A DNA stretch of 64,000 bases from the NCBI GenBank assembly GCA_964016885.1, contig OZ024757.1, positions 20,584,001 to 20,648,000 on the forward strand. Direction: 5' to 3'. The notes beneath the pieces were generated by a model that was given only the letters and a program-made list of their open reading frames with translations, was not told the origin of the DNA and did no database searches. A program made the position numbers and the translations under genes. The DNA comes from Eledone cirrhosa. Taxonomy: Eukaryota. Each line of letters opens with the position of its first letter. Within the stretch, counting starts at the first letter, position 1. Shown here in pieces: positions 1 through 13,039 of the stretch.

Positions 1-455
1 TAACATTGTCTCTGGTTATCACTTTATACACATACATTATAAATATATTTATATACAGATACAAATATATATATATATATATATATATCATCATCATCAT
101 CTTACGTCCACTTTTCCCTGCTTGCAAGGGTGGGACGGGAACTGATTCTGGCTTGGTTTCTACAGCTGGATGCCCTTCCTAACACCAACCTCATTTACAG
201 TGAGTACTGGGTGCTTTTTTGCCGTGGCACCTCCACGACCACTTTACAGTGGAATGATAGGGACCATAGTCCCTATCATCTCATTTCATAGTCCCTATCA
301 TTCCACTGCAAAGTGGTCGTGGAGGTGCCACGGCAAAAAAAGCATCCAGCACTCACTGTAAATGAGGTTGGTCTTAGGAAGGGCATCCAGCTGTAGAAAT
401 CAAGCCAGAATCAGTTCCCGTCCCACCCTTGCAAGCAGGGAAAAGCGGACGTAAA

Positions 456-499
<44 letters not shown>

Positions 500-827
500 A
501 CACACACACATATAAGTGTGTGTATTTTGTATAGCTATCGATATACAATATGTTTATGAATAAACATTTGAAAGTCTTCAGCTATGAATTTTGGAAACTG
601 ATGACGTAGCGCCTTCTAGTGGATTCCAGCAGAAGCAAGTCGATCGTTTCTGAGCTTGGTCGTTATCAGTGCTTCCGTACCCTTCTTCTCTCTGCTGGAA
701 CTCAATATAGGCGAAAACATAGTTTTTACACCTATGTGCATGGGCTGATTAGCCACATTTGCATATAGAGCTATCAGCTAGCTTGTCTGGAAAATAGAAT
801 TAAGGTGTTAGCTCTAACATAGCTGTA

Positions 828-1165
828 TCATCATCATCATTTCATTTTACGTCCGCTTTTCCCTGCTTGCAAGGGTGGGACGGGAACTGATTCTGGCTTG
901 ATTTCTACAGCTGGATGCCCTTCCTAACACCAACCTCATTTACAGTGAGTGCTGGGTGCTTTTTTGCCGTGGCACCTCCACGACCCCTTTGCAGTGGAAT
1001 GATATGGACCCCAGTCCCTATCATCTCATTTCTACAGCTGAGTAAACTGGAGCAATCTGAAATAAAGTGTCTTGCTCAAGGAAACAACACATCGCCCCGT
1101 CTGAGAATTGAACTCACAACCTTTCGATTGCAAGGCCAATGCTCTAACCACTAAGCCATGTGCTT
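828..1165 (-). mobile_element. SINE family A (tRNA head, CORE-like central domain, (TGA)n tail), near full length
   Basis: A-box TGGCTTAGTGG and B-box GAGTTCAATTC, then TCCTTGAGCAAGACACTT...CTCAGCTGTAGAAATG, which resembles the CORE domain. Ends CGGACGTAAAATGA(TGA)n. Confidence 0.85.
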
Positions 1166-1215
1166 CCATATATATAACCACTAAGCCATGTGCCTGTATA
1201 TATATATATATATAA

Positions 1216-1258
<43 letters not shown>

Positions 1259-2472
1259 TAACGATATACGGTATTCTTATTAATAAACATTTGAAAGCCT
1301 TTAGCTAGGTCAGAGGTTCTCAATGTCCAGAGGGCATTGAGAAGGTCAAGGCAGGCAGTGGGGCCTAAGAGGGCGGTGGGGTGGGGTGGTTGACATGATA
1401 TAACATTATATTAAATATTAAATGATACATATTATATAGTAAAATAAAAAAATATATAATATTTATTTATACATAGTATCAATAATTTATTATATATAAA
1501 TTAACAATTTAATTTATTATACATTATTTACAATTTGCATGTAGTCTGGTCTCTCTAGAAGTAAGGAAGTACTTGACCTTTCATAGATTATATTGAGAAC
1601 ACAACTGTGCTACAGCTTGGCCCTGGCCATTTTTATAAAGGATCATTCATAATAATTCATTATTAGTTCTTTATGTTTGGATTGGAACAATAGTTTTCCT
1701 AATTCCATGTATGTATATATGTTTCTTCATATATATATATATATATGGGTGTGTGTATATATACTAATAGGTTTATGAAATCACGTGCCAAACAATGTCC
1801 AATTCTATGTTAACTGGGGTTAATCAGTTGCAGATTATTTCTCTATGGAATTGGTAGGGAGATGGCAATATTGAACAGATTCTTATGGTTATCAACAAAC
1901 GTTTGATATAATCAGTGACTATCAATCACCAAATCATTCAATAAAGACATCAAAATTATTGATCCCACAAATTAATTATGGTTAGCAACTAAAATTAATA
2001 CAGCTAACTTTCAACAATTGTAAAAACACAAAAAAATGTTCACACACACACACACATACATACACATCTATACATATATTGACATATATATTAATTTGAA
2101 AAAATGTGGCTAAAATCATACAAAATGATACAAAAATATGGGTGAAGACAAGAGAAAAACAAATGAAACACAGACATTCCCAACTGATCAGTTGATCTCT
2201 AGAGATACAATGATGTACTCATCATAAAATATCAAGGCTAGATTTCCATAACTTATTTTATTTCATAATTAGTTGTAATACTGTGGTGCCATCATTACTG
2301 GCTCTTAGGTAATGTATTTAATCATGTAATCCGAAGCCACTGCAATGATATGGAGGCAGTCCTGCTTTCGATGTTCCAAACGTTGTAATGATAGCACCAC
2401 AGAAATCAGTATACAGCTAGTTATGTAATAAATTATGGAAATATAGCCTTTGTGTTTTATTATTACTCTATG

Positions 2473-3335
2473 TAGGGCGGTGGATTGGTAGTATCGGTAG
2501 AGGGTCGGGCGCCATGCTAGGGTGGTGGATTGGCAGTATCGGAAGAGTGTCGGACGCCATGCTAGGGCGGTGGATTGGCAGTATCGGTAGAGGGTCGGAC
2601 GCCATGCTAGGGTGGTGGATTGGCAGTATCGGTAGAGGGTCGGGCGCCATGCTAGGGTGGCTGATTGGCAGTATCGGTAGAGGGTCGGACACCATGCTAG
2701 GGCGGTGGATTGGGAGTATCGGTAGGTAGAGGGTCGGACGCCATGCTAGGGTGGTGGATTGGCAGTATTGGTAGAGGGTCGGACACCATGCTAGGGTGGT
2801 TGATTGGCAGTATCGGTAGAGGGTCGGACACCATGCTAGGGCAGTGGATTGGGAGTATCGGTAGGTAGAGGGTCGGACGCCATGCTAGGGTGGTGGATTG
2901 GCAGTTTCGGTAGAGGGTCGGACACCATGCTAGGGTGGTTGATTGGCAGTATCGGTAGAGGGTCGGCCACCATGCTAGGGCGGTGGATTGGGAGTATCGG
3001 TAGAGGGTCGGACGCCATGCTAGGGAGGTGGATTGGCAGTATCGGTAGAGGGTCGGACACCATGCTAGGGCGGTGGATTGGCAGTATCGGTAGAGGGTCG
3101 GACGCCATGCTAGGATGGTGGATTGGCAGTATCAGTAGAGGGTCGGACACCATGCTAGGGCGGTGGATTGGCAGTATCGGTAGAGGGTCGGACGCCATGC
3201 TAGGGAGGTGGATTGGCAGTATCGGTAGAGGGTCGGACACCATGCTAGGGTGGTAGATTGGCAGTATCGGTAGAGGGTCGGACGCCATGCTAGGGCGGTG
3301 GATTGGCAGTATCGGTAGAGGGTCGGACGCCATGC
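2473..3335 (+). repeat. 45-bp minisatellite (~19 units) made of the SINE B head, running into a complete SINE B that ends at ~3479
   Basis: Unit TAGGGCGGTGGATTGGCAGTATCGGTAGAGGGTCGGACGCCATGC. The whole structure is flanked by the 16-bp TSD ATTATTACTCTATGTA (2459-2474, 3480-3495). Confidence 0.92.
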
Positions 3336-4239
3336 TTTGACGTATAGAGTTACAGCCCTTGCCATTCTGAGTTCAAATCCTGCCGAGGTTAACTTTGCCT
3401 TTCATCCTTACGGGGTTGATAAAATAAAGTACCGGTAATGCACTGGGTAATTGCTGGCCTTGTGCCAAAAGTAGAAACAATTATTACTCTATGTAAACTC
3501 CTTCCTGCACCGCCTATGTGATACCTCATCAAAATTGGAAGGATACATACGATGTTGAGTCCTTTGTCATATTACACTATGGTTTGCTGATTGGTCTAAA
3601 CCCATGCAACCATAAAACAACAGCTGTCGAATGTGGATGATATATATATATAATAATAATACATTAGTTAATATTGCCTAGACAAAATGTAACCAAGACC
3701 ACGCTTGTGTGTGTGCGTGTGTGCGCGCACACACACAATTTGATAAATAGCTCTGATTATTGAAATTATTTTAACTCTTTCGGTCATCGAGCAAAACTGG
3801 TAAAGGCGGACATCACACACATATATATGTGCATATATCATTACTATATTATCCCAAACTCCTTTTTTAGCAAATATGTTACTCGCTTATTGTCGACCTT
3901 TACTGCTCTTCTGTGACCACAGTATCACGTGTTAATTTCTCCCCCTGGCTCTTGAGAATTTCTCACTTGTTACGAATGCGTTAAGAAAGTCCGTTTACTG
4001 ACATGTTTCTTGATAAGCTTTATCAGCCTCACAGTGATGGTGCACTTCTATAGTGCATAAATTGCTGCAAACTGATTCAGCGAAACTGCAGTCGGGACTT
4101 TGAAGAAAAAGTAGTATATTTTTGTCTATTATTTCCTTGCATTTTAAATTTTATATCTATATCTATCTATATATATATATATCAGGAAGTAAGCGATGAA
4201 CTTACATGAAGATAGTAAAAACCGATTCCTAACATCTAA

Positions 4240-4344
4240 AGTCTATACAGCTGTTTCAAGCTGACAAAAAATAGTGCCAATTACCATTATTCCATTATTA
4301 GATAACAGGCACCATAAAGACACTAGACCCATCCTCAGCAGACC
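4240..4344 (-). ncRNA. Type I hammerhead ribozyme with a long stem II
   Basis: GGTCTG-CTGAGGA-(~75-nt imperfect hairpin including ATGGTGCC/GGCACTAT)-GAAA-CAGCTG-TA-TAGACT. Confidence 0.62.
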
Positions 4345-4479
4345 ATGCCTTACCAAGCACACATAGTTCCACCATTGGCCATGCATTCAACCCTAACTGT
4401 GAATGCACGTGTAGTTTCACGTTAGGTCTATATGTCAGCTCAACTAAATTTCAATGTTAGAGGCAGTAATACAAAATAA

Positions 4480-4521
<42 letters not shown>

Positions 4522-5916
4522 CATACATATATATATATGTTTATAGAATAATGAGAGAAATTCAATGCAAGGATGACTGCCAAAACAGCAAAATTGCTTT
4601 CAATTATGGCATTGAGTAAAATCTTACCTCAAAGGACAGAAATATATGGCTAGAAGTGTTTTCACCCGGAGAAGTGATAGGAAGAGAAGAGTAAAGGAGG
4701 AAAATGGAGAAAATGAAAATGAACGAGAGAAAATCACACAAGCATCATATTAGGTCATCAGTCCTTGTACCAGAATGTAGTTTCAAGTTATTTGACTTTA
4801 ATAATTAGACATCTCAATGAAAAGATAAAATATCAACTCAGAGAAGTAAACTATCTATATATTACTAAAACTCTGCAATTGCTTGCTTGTCTGTAATCTA
4901 ATACAGCCAAAAGGGCGCACAAGTTTCGCGTAAATTGGAGGACGGGTTCCCGAGATACGGGGTTTTCTGGGTACCTTCATAAACAGAGAGACAGAAGGAT
5001 AGAGAGAAAGAGATAGTGGTTGTGAGAGAGTAGATTGAAAGAGAGACATAGAGAGAGGGAGAGGAGACAGAGAAGGAGATTGGGAGAGTGAGAGAGGGAG
5101 AGGAGACAGGGAAGGAGATTGGGAGAGAGAGAGAGCTGGTGGTCATGGGTGGTCTAGTTAAACATATTAAACTTAAGCCCAAATCTTGATTTGGAGGGCT
5201 ATATGATAGACCCTCTAAAATAAGTTTAATAATTGTTTCTACTTTAGGCACAAGGCCAGCAATTACCCAGTGCATTACTGGTACTTTATTTTATCGACCC
5301 CGTGAGGATGAAAGGCAAAGTTAACCTCGGCGGGATTTGAACTCAAATCGTAAAGGGACGTAACTATGCTGGAAAGCATGGCGTCCGACCCTCTACTGAT
5401 AATGGGGTCCCTATCATTCCACTGCAAAGTGGTCCTGGAGGCGCCACGGAAAAAAAAAGGACCCAGCACTCACTGTAAATGAGGTTGGTGTTAGGAAGGG
5501 CATCCAGCTGTAGAAATCAAGCCAGAATCAGTTCCTGTATGAGCAAGACAAAGTCAGCCGACCGGACACTGCCCACAACAGGACAACCCGTCTAACCCAT
5601 GCTAGCGTGGAAGAATGGACGTAAAACAGTGATGAGGATGATGATGATGATACATGTTCATGCATACATATACACATACATGTACATATACCCATATATA
5701 TATTTACACAAATATATACATTTACATACATACACACGCACACACATATATATATATATGAGAGTGCGTGTGTGAAAACCACGCGGAAAACAACACAGCA
5801 AATGATGCAGTATAATGATATATGTATTTATGCATATATATATATATGTGTGTGGATATATATATACATATATATACACAAACACACATATATATATATA
5901 TATATGTGCGTGTGTG

Positions 5917-5976
<60 letters not shown>

Positions 5977-5989
5977 TATACACAAACAA

Positions 5990-6030
<41 letters not shown>

Positions 6031-6477
6031 AACACACATATATATACACACATACACACATATATATGTGTGTGTGGTATATATATATATATATACATAT
6101 ATATACATATATATACACAAACACACATATATGTACACACACACACACATATATATATACACACCTACATTTACTATACATATGTTATATAAATATACAC
6201 ACACACGCACACATTGCCATATATGCATACATTTTCACAGAGAAGAGACGATGTAACTGCATGAAATTACTATTTGAAAGAGTGAGTAACAAGGGACTTA
6301 TAATCTTTGGTAGTTTAGGTAATAATTTAATACAGATGTCTGTAGTTTCACCTCGGGAGACTTACTGACATTTTCTATACATTTTCACACAGATACATAA
6401 TGACCACATCGATCAACGAATCATTTGGAAAATCGAAATACTACTACTACTACTACTACTACTATTACTATTACTAA

Positions 6478-6594
6478 TAATAATAATAATTGTTTCTACT
6501 TTAGGCACAAGGCCAGCAATTACCCAGTGCATTACTGGTACTTTATTTTATCGACCCCGTAAGGATGAAAGGCAAAGTCAACCTCGGCGGGATT

Positions 6595-6647
<53 letters not shown>

Positions 6648-6751
6648 TGTTTCTACTTTAGGCACAAGGCCAGCAATTACCCAGTGCATTACTGGTACTT
6701 TATTTTATCGACCCCGTAAGCATGAAAGGCAAAGTCAACCTCGGCGGGATT

Positions 6752-6804
<53 letters not shown>

Positions 6805-6908
6805 TGTTTCTACTTTAGGCACAAGGCCAGCAATTACCCAGTGCATTACTGGTACTTTATTTTATCGACCCCGTAAGGATGAAAGGCAAAGTCAACCTCG
6901 GCGGGATT

Positions 6909-6961
<53 letters not shown>

Positions 6962-7180
6962 TGTTTCTACTTTAGGCACAAGGCCAGCAAATACCCAGTG
7001 CATTACTGGTACTTTATTTTATCATCCCCCATAAGGATGAAAGGCAAAGTTAACCTCGGCGAGATTTGAATAATAATAATGATTTCTTATATAGGCACAA
7101 GGCCAGCAATTTTGGGGAAAGGGAAAGTCGATTAAATCGACCCCGTAAGGATGAAAGGCAAAGTTAACCTCGGCGGGATT

Positions 7181-7210
<30 letters not shown>
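6478..7210 (-). repeat. Tandem array of SINE B 3' halves separated by (AAT)n
   Basis: Four to five near-identical units, each truncated at GGGATTTGAA. Confidence 0.85.
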
Positions 7211-7213
<3 letters not shown>

Positions 7214-9368
7214 TTTTCTTTATTAACCACAAGGGTTTACATAAAGTAGACATTAAGGACAGTACAGGACAATACAGGACGGTACAAATGGGCATTTCTG
7301 CGTGTAAAAAAAACAGAGGATGAAATAAAAATAATAATAATTGTTTCTACTTTAGGCACAAGGTCAGCAATTTTGGGGGGAGAGGAAAGTTGATTAAATC
7401 GACCCCAGTGCGTGACTGGTACTTTATTTTATCTACCCCATGAAGATGAAAAGTTAAGCTATCCACGGCGGGATTTGAACTTAGATCGTAAAGGGACGTA
7501 ACTATGCTGCAAAGCATGTTGCCCAATGTTTTCTTAATACTGCCAATCCACTGCCCAATATAATAATAATAATTATAATGATAATAAATATAAAAATAAA
7601 TATATAAAAGAAAACAAACCATAAACTGAATAATTGGAAGAAATAAATAAAAAAAGAAATTGGATGAAAATAATAGAAGAGAGAAAAATAAATATATGTC
7701 TGAATTGTGACAATTGTAAGAGAATGGCTGAATTATTTGATGGTGTGTGTGATAAAAGATGTTTGTGTACTGGTGCATCTGTTGATCTTTAATGGAGAGG
7801 AGGAGGAGGTGGAAGAGGATGGAAGATAAGAGAAAAAAGAAGTGTGTCTATGTCTTGTTGAGAAACATTTACTCAAATATGAAAAAAAAAAAAAAAAAAA
7901 TTGGCAAAAAACCCCAGCCCCTGAATAATATCTGGCAAGCTATCAATGGACTTCTATCAATAAAGTATCAATATATTCAAATTATTTTGAATTGGTGCTG
8001 TTATTGTTATAAAAGAGCAGTGGATTAGCAGTGTTGGCAGAATATTGGACAACATGTTTTACAGCATAAAGTTATGGCCTTTTACATTCTGTGTTCAAAT
8101 CCTGCAGGGGTTAGCTTTGCCTTTCATCTTTACAAGGTCAATAAAATAATTGTTTCTACTTTTAGCACAAGGCCAGCAATTATCCCAGTGCATTACTGGT
8201 ACTTTATTTTATCAACCCCCGTAAGGATGAAAGGCAAAGTTAACCTTGGCGGGATTTGAACTCAGATCATAAAGGGAGGTAACTCTATGCTTCAAAGCAT
8301 GGCGTCCGACCCTCTGCCGATACTGCCAATCCACAAGGTCAATAAAATAATGTACCAGTATGTCACTGGGGTCGATTTAATTGATTTCCCCCCCAAATTG
8401 TTGTCCTTGTACCTAAATCAGAAACCATTAATATAAAAGAGCAGTGGATTGGCAGTGTCGGTAGAGCATCAGACAACATACTTTGTGGCATATAGTTACA
8501 GCCCTTTACATTGTGTTCAAATCCTGCAGAGGTTAGCTTCGCCTTTCATCCCTATCGTGTCAATAAAATAAAGCACCAGTAACATACTGGGGTTAGTTTA
8601 ATCAACTTTGCCCTCCCCCAAATTGTTGGCCTTGTGCTTAAATCAGAAACCATTAAAGGTCAGTGGATTGGCAGTATCGATAGAGAGTTCGATAATAAGC
8701 TTTTCAGTATATAGTTACGGCCCTTTACATTCTGAAAACAAATGCCAACGAGGTTAGCTTTGCCATTCATCCTTATGGGATTGTCCCCTTCCACAAAATT
8801 GTTGGCTTTATGTCAAATGCCCAGGGCAGTGGATTGGCAATTATTTATGACTTTTATATTTTCAGTTCAAATCCTGCCATAGTCAACTTTACATTTCATC
8901 CTTCTGAGGTCAATAAAATAAAGAGTTAAGTACTAGGATTGACATAGTAAATTTTTCCCTTCCTCTCAATGGCTAGCCTTGTGCCTAAGTTAGACATTTT
9001 TAACCCTTTAACATTTACATTACTCTATGTATACTATTATGTTTTCATGGTAAAGGCTTTACCTCACATAGTATCGAATCTATGTTATTTTGAAAGTATT
9101 TATTTTGAGAACAATACCTTAACATCAGTTTGAGCGACCAGTTACAGCCAGTTTCAACAGAAAGAGGTAGAGAATTCTGGCCGGTTTTGGCCGGTTTGAA
9201 CATTGGTGGTAGTGGTGGTAGGGTTTTATGATACCAAACTACTCCTTTCAAATTGTTTACACTTATAAATAAAACTTCCAAATATCAGCTTTAAAAAAAG
9301 TTATTTTATTAAATTCCTCCAAATTCCCGATTATTTTCAAAATGAATTGAGAAGTATAGCCAAATAAT

Positions 9369-9556
9369 TGTTTCTACTTTAGGCACAAGGCCAGCAATTA
9401 CCCGGTGCATTACTGGTACTTTATTTTATCAACCCCGTAAGGATGAAAGGCAAAGTCAACCTCGGCGGGATTTGAACTCAGATCGTAAAGGGACGTAACT
9501 ATGCTGGAAAGCATGGCGTCCGACCCTCTACTGATACTGCCAATCCACCGCCCTTA
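9369..9556 (-). mobile_element. SINE family B (~190 bp, (ATT)n tail), full length with 16-bp TSD
   Basis: Head GGCGGTGGATTGGCAGTATC, B-box GAGTTCAAATC and body GCCTTTCATCCTTACGGGGTTGATAAAATAAAGTACCAG. TSD AGTATAGCCAAATAAT on both sides. Dozens of further full or partial copies occur (e.g. ~5230, 8030-8990, 15360, 36890-37240, 38590, 43180, 46235, 50745-51155). Confidence 0.88.
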
Positions 9557-11367
9557 GTATAGCCAAATAATGCTATTAAGTTTGACGTGGCCTGGGCCAG
9601 CACTGGCTGAAACCTATCAAATTTATCAAAGTATATTTCATTAGAAATATGGTAATGAAACAATAAAGTTAAAAGGGAGTTCCAAATAACAAAAGTGATC
9701 TGAAATTGCTGAGACTCCTAGAAGAGATGAAGGAATGTGGCAAGTGGAGAGATGGCGTGTTGAAAAGGACTCATCCAACCCATGCAAAGGTGGAAAAATG
9801 GACATAAAAACGATGGTGATGCTTAGTTTTTGTATTTTTATTGACATATATTTCAACAAAAATCCATTTAATTGAAGATCACCAAACAACAAGACCTGGT
9901 TATTCTTGTTTAGCCCCAGGTCAGCACTATGTTCAAATAGGCCTGTTTATGATTGATAAAATTTAAACTTTTAATAAAGTACCAGTACAAGACTGGTACT
10001 CTATTTATCAACCGATCTTGATAAAATAGGCAAAGTTGCCCCCTCACCACAAAAAAATAATTATGATAAAACTAACAATAATTAGGTGTGGCCACTTAAC
10101 CAGTTAGAAATAGGAACCTAATTCTATAAAACCACACCCTATCACCCTAACAAACAAACAAACAAAAACAGGAATGGACACATCAAATGTAACGTATCCC
10201 TAAAATGACAAAATTGTTGGGTCATAGCTAGAATAACACCCTTGACAATAGATCTACTCAGCCAGAGCTGACTTGCTGTGAAACTAAAACAAACAAACAA
10301 AAACAAAAAACAAAAACACTAAAGAAAAAAAATACTAATGTGTGTCTGTCTGTGTGGTGTATAAAATAAATAAAAAAGTCAGAAAACTAAAATGAAAACC
10401 ACAATGTTTGATTGAAATATTCAATATTAAATACGTTAACTAGATTACTTACAACATTTCAATAGGAAAATCAAAAAAAAATCGCATATCCAAATGAATT
10501 TTCGAAGAGGAGTAATTAGGGTAAAAATATTAGTTTAAAAAGAAAAAAAAAAAAAAAAATGAAAAAATACAAAAATAACAAAAACAAGAAAATGATAAGA
10601 AAAAACACAACATAAATAGAAATTTATAGATATTTCCTACCACAATGATTCATATTATTGATTGTTGAATGTGACTTGAGATTTTACATTACATTTTGTA
10701 ATATGTGTTTACATTAGATATGTCACTATTGCTTTGACCCCAGTTTAAACTCCCCCTCTGCTCTGTTTTATACAATGATCGCAGCAAATCAAATCAATGA
10801 AACAATTTAGTTAACACTCTACTCAGATTGTGAACCATAACAAAATTTAATAACAAAGTATATTGGAAATAAGCTTTCTTCTCTATACAGAGAAATGCTA
10901 ACATGCAAGATTGGTAATATAATATAGGCTCCACAACAAACTCACAGCATGTGTATATGTGTATATGTATGTGGATATGTATATATATATATATATAGCT
11001 TCCTGAGTTGTATCAGTGGTGGTGGTGGGGGGAGGGTAACCAGTCTTGTATAAGTCATTTCTATATATAATAAAGATATATACACATATATATATATATA
11101 TATATTTGTGTGTATGTTTGTGTGCGTTTATATGTATGCATGTTTGTATGTATTTATATATATTTGTACGTATGTATGTTTATAGGTATGTATGTTTATA
11201 TGTAAGTATGTATATATGTGCATGTATATATATTGTATCATGCCTCTGATACTGTGTGAACTAAGGTCTCATTGAAAGGTCTCTGGTATGAAAAGATTTT
11301 GTTCTGGTCTTAATTCAAATGAGTAATTGGTTTTAGTGGTTAGGTAAAGATATCCAAGGAAAATTAT

Positions 11368-11408
<41 letters not shown>

Positions 11409-11908
11409 CTTGGGGAGGGTCATATTTGCGTAATATTGCCAGAATTAATAATAACAAGCACATAAACACACACTAGTCACCCAGCAGACACAACACTATA
11501 CACACGAGTCACACAGCACACATAACACTATACACACACGCAAACGCATGCGCAAAGAAGACAAAATAAAATAAACAAACAAGCAAATAAATAAATAAAT
11601 ATATAGACAGACTGAATAAAAAAAATGGCGTAGACATACAACACAACAGGAGGAAAAAATATAACACCACTGACGATGTTGCAGATGTGCAACGAAAGAT
11701 TTATGTAAATTATGTAAACTATATATATGTGTTTGTGTCTATATTGTATCTGTATTATTTTTGACCGTCGGTCAGTCAATGGCAACATTGAGGACCGAGT
11801 AAGTTAGATCGCAGATATAAAAGACAGCGAGAAGCGAAAACCAACCAAACAGTGAGTGTGTTCTGTTATTAATTCTGGCAATATTACGCAAATATGACCC
11901 TCCCCAAG
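11409..11908. mobile_element. MITE-like element with ~43-bp terminal inverted repeats flanked by TA
   Basis: CTTGGGGAGGGTCATATTTGCGTAATATTGCCAGAATTAATAA at 11409 and its reverse complement ending at 11908. TA on both sides is compatible with Tc1/mariner, but the left side abuts (TA)n. Confidence 0.6.
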
Positions 11909-11973
11909 TATAACAATATCTGTTTCGACACACGATTTCATATAAAAAACCTCGCTAAACTAATTCATCGCCG

Positions 11974-12020
<47 letters not shown>

Positions 12021-12054
12021 TATACATCTACATATATATATATATATATATATA

Positions 12055-12395
12055 CATCATCATCATCATCATTTTACGTCCGCTTTTCCCTGCTTGCAAG
12101 GGTGGGACGAGAACTGATTCTGGCTTGGTTTCTACAGCTGGATGCCCTTCCTAACACCAACCTCATTTACAGTGAGTGCTGGGTGCTTTTTTGCCGTGGT
12201 ACCTCCACGACCACTTTGCAGTGAGTGCTGGGTGCTTTTTTGCCGTGGTACCTCCACGACCACTTTACACTGGAATGATAGGGACCCCAGTCCCTATCAT
12301 CTCATTTCTACAGCTGGGTAAACTGGAGCAATGCGAAATAAAGTGTCTTGCTCAAGGAAACAACACATCACCCGGTCAAGGAAACAACACATCAC
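12055..12395 (-). mobile_element. SINE family A, 5'-truncated, with an internal ~50-bp duplication
   Basis: Near-identical to other copies. CAGTGAGTGCTGGGTGCTTTTTTGCCGTGGTACCTCCACGACCACTTT occurs twice. Confidence 0.85.
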
Positions 12396-12583
12396 CTTGT
12401 ATAATAAAAACTATAAAACACATGACTACCACTTTGTGCTAGATTTGTATGGGAAGTGGTAACTTGAGCATGCATGTGCTTTCCTATCATCCTCCCTACC
12501 CCTCCATCTCCAATATACATTGTTGACAAGACATATCCATCTTCTACTAGATGATCAGTAGTTTAACAACAGCTATCTATAAT

Positions 12584-12755
12584 TGTCTCTACTTTTGGCA
12601 CAAGGCCAGCAATTACCCCAGTGCATTACTGGTACTTTATTTCATCGACCCCGTAAGGATGAAAGGCAAAGTCAACCTCGGCGGGATTTGAACTCTCAGA
12701 TCGTAAATGGAGGTAACTCTATGCTGGAAAGCATGGCGTCCGACCCTCTACCGAT
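12584..12755 (-). mobile_element. 5'-truncated SINE family B copy fused to the 28S fragment
   Basis: Matches other family B copies from ATCGGTAGAGGGTCGGACGCC to the tail. The whole chimera is flanked by ATCTATAAT at 12575-12583 and 13018-13026. Confidence 0.9.
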
Positions 12756-12960
12756 GAGGCAGCCTGGCACCACCGCTCTATCGAGCGAGCGCGCAAACCG
12801 TTGCTCTGATCCCGCGGTTCCTCTCGTACTGGACGGGATAGCCGTAGCCGAGCTGACGTTGCCGGCGGCGACGCCGAGCGCAGCCGCCTTCGAGAAGGTG
12901 GCTGCAGCCGCCACCGCCGTCGCCTACACGCAATGCATCGGTAGGATAAAACTAACCTGC

Positions 12961-12993
<33 letters not shown>

Positions 12994-13017
12994 GTTAGTG
13001 GGTGAACAATCCAACGC
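12756..13017 (-). pseudogene. 28S rRNA 3'-region fragment (retrocopy) including the end of domain V and the sarcin-ricin loop
   Basis: The minus strand reads GCGTTGGATTGTTCACCCACTAACAGGGAACGTGAGCTGGGTTTAGACCGTCGTGAG...GTTAGTTTTA and AGTACGAGAGGAACCGC, both universal LSU rRNA motifs. A GC-rich expansion lies between them. Confidence 0.93.
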
Positions 13018-13039
13018 ATCTATAATATAACTACCTATG

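Noticed and set aside
632-675. Hammerhead-like motif on the minus strand (GAAGCA-CTGATAA...GAAA-CGATCG-AC-TTGCTTC)
   Set aside because: The core is mutated, there is no NUH triplet and stem II is not convincing. At most a dead relic.
915-1154. Recurrent 79-aa ORF MPFLTPTSFTV... (also at 30048, 36173, 47948, 51913)
   Set aside because: It is the antisense reading of SINE family A. Recurrence reflects copy similarity, not a gene family.
2468-3365. 15-aa repeat ORFs on both strands
   Set aside because: A 45-bp SINE-derived minisatellite whose unit length happens to be divisible by three.
12756-13017. Functional rRNA gene or R2 insertion site
   Set aside because: Only ~260 nt, TSD-flanked and fused to a SINE, and it does not include the canonical R2 target region.
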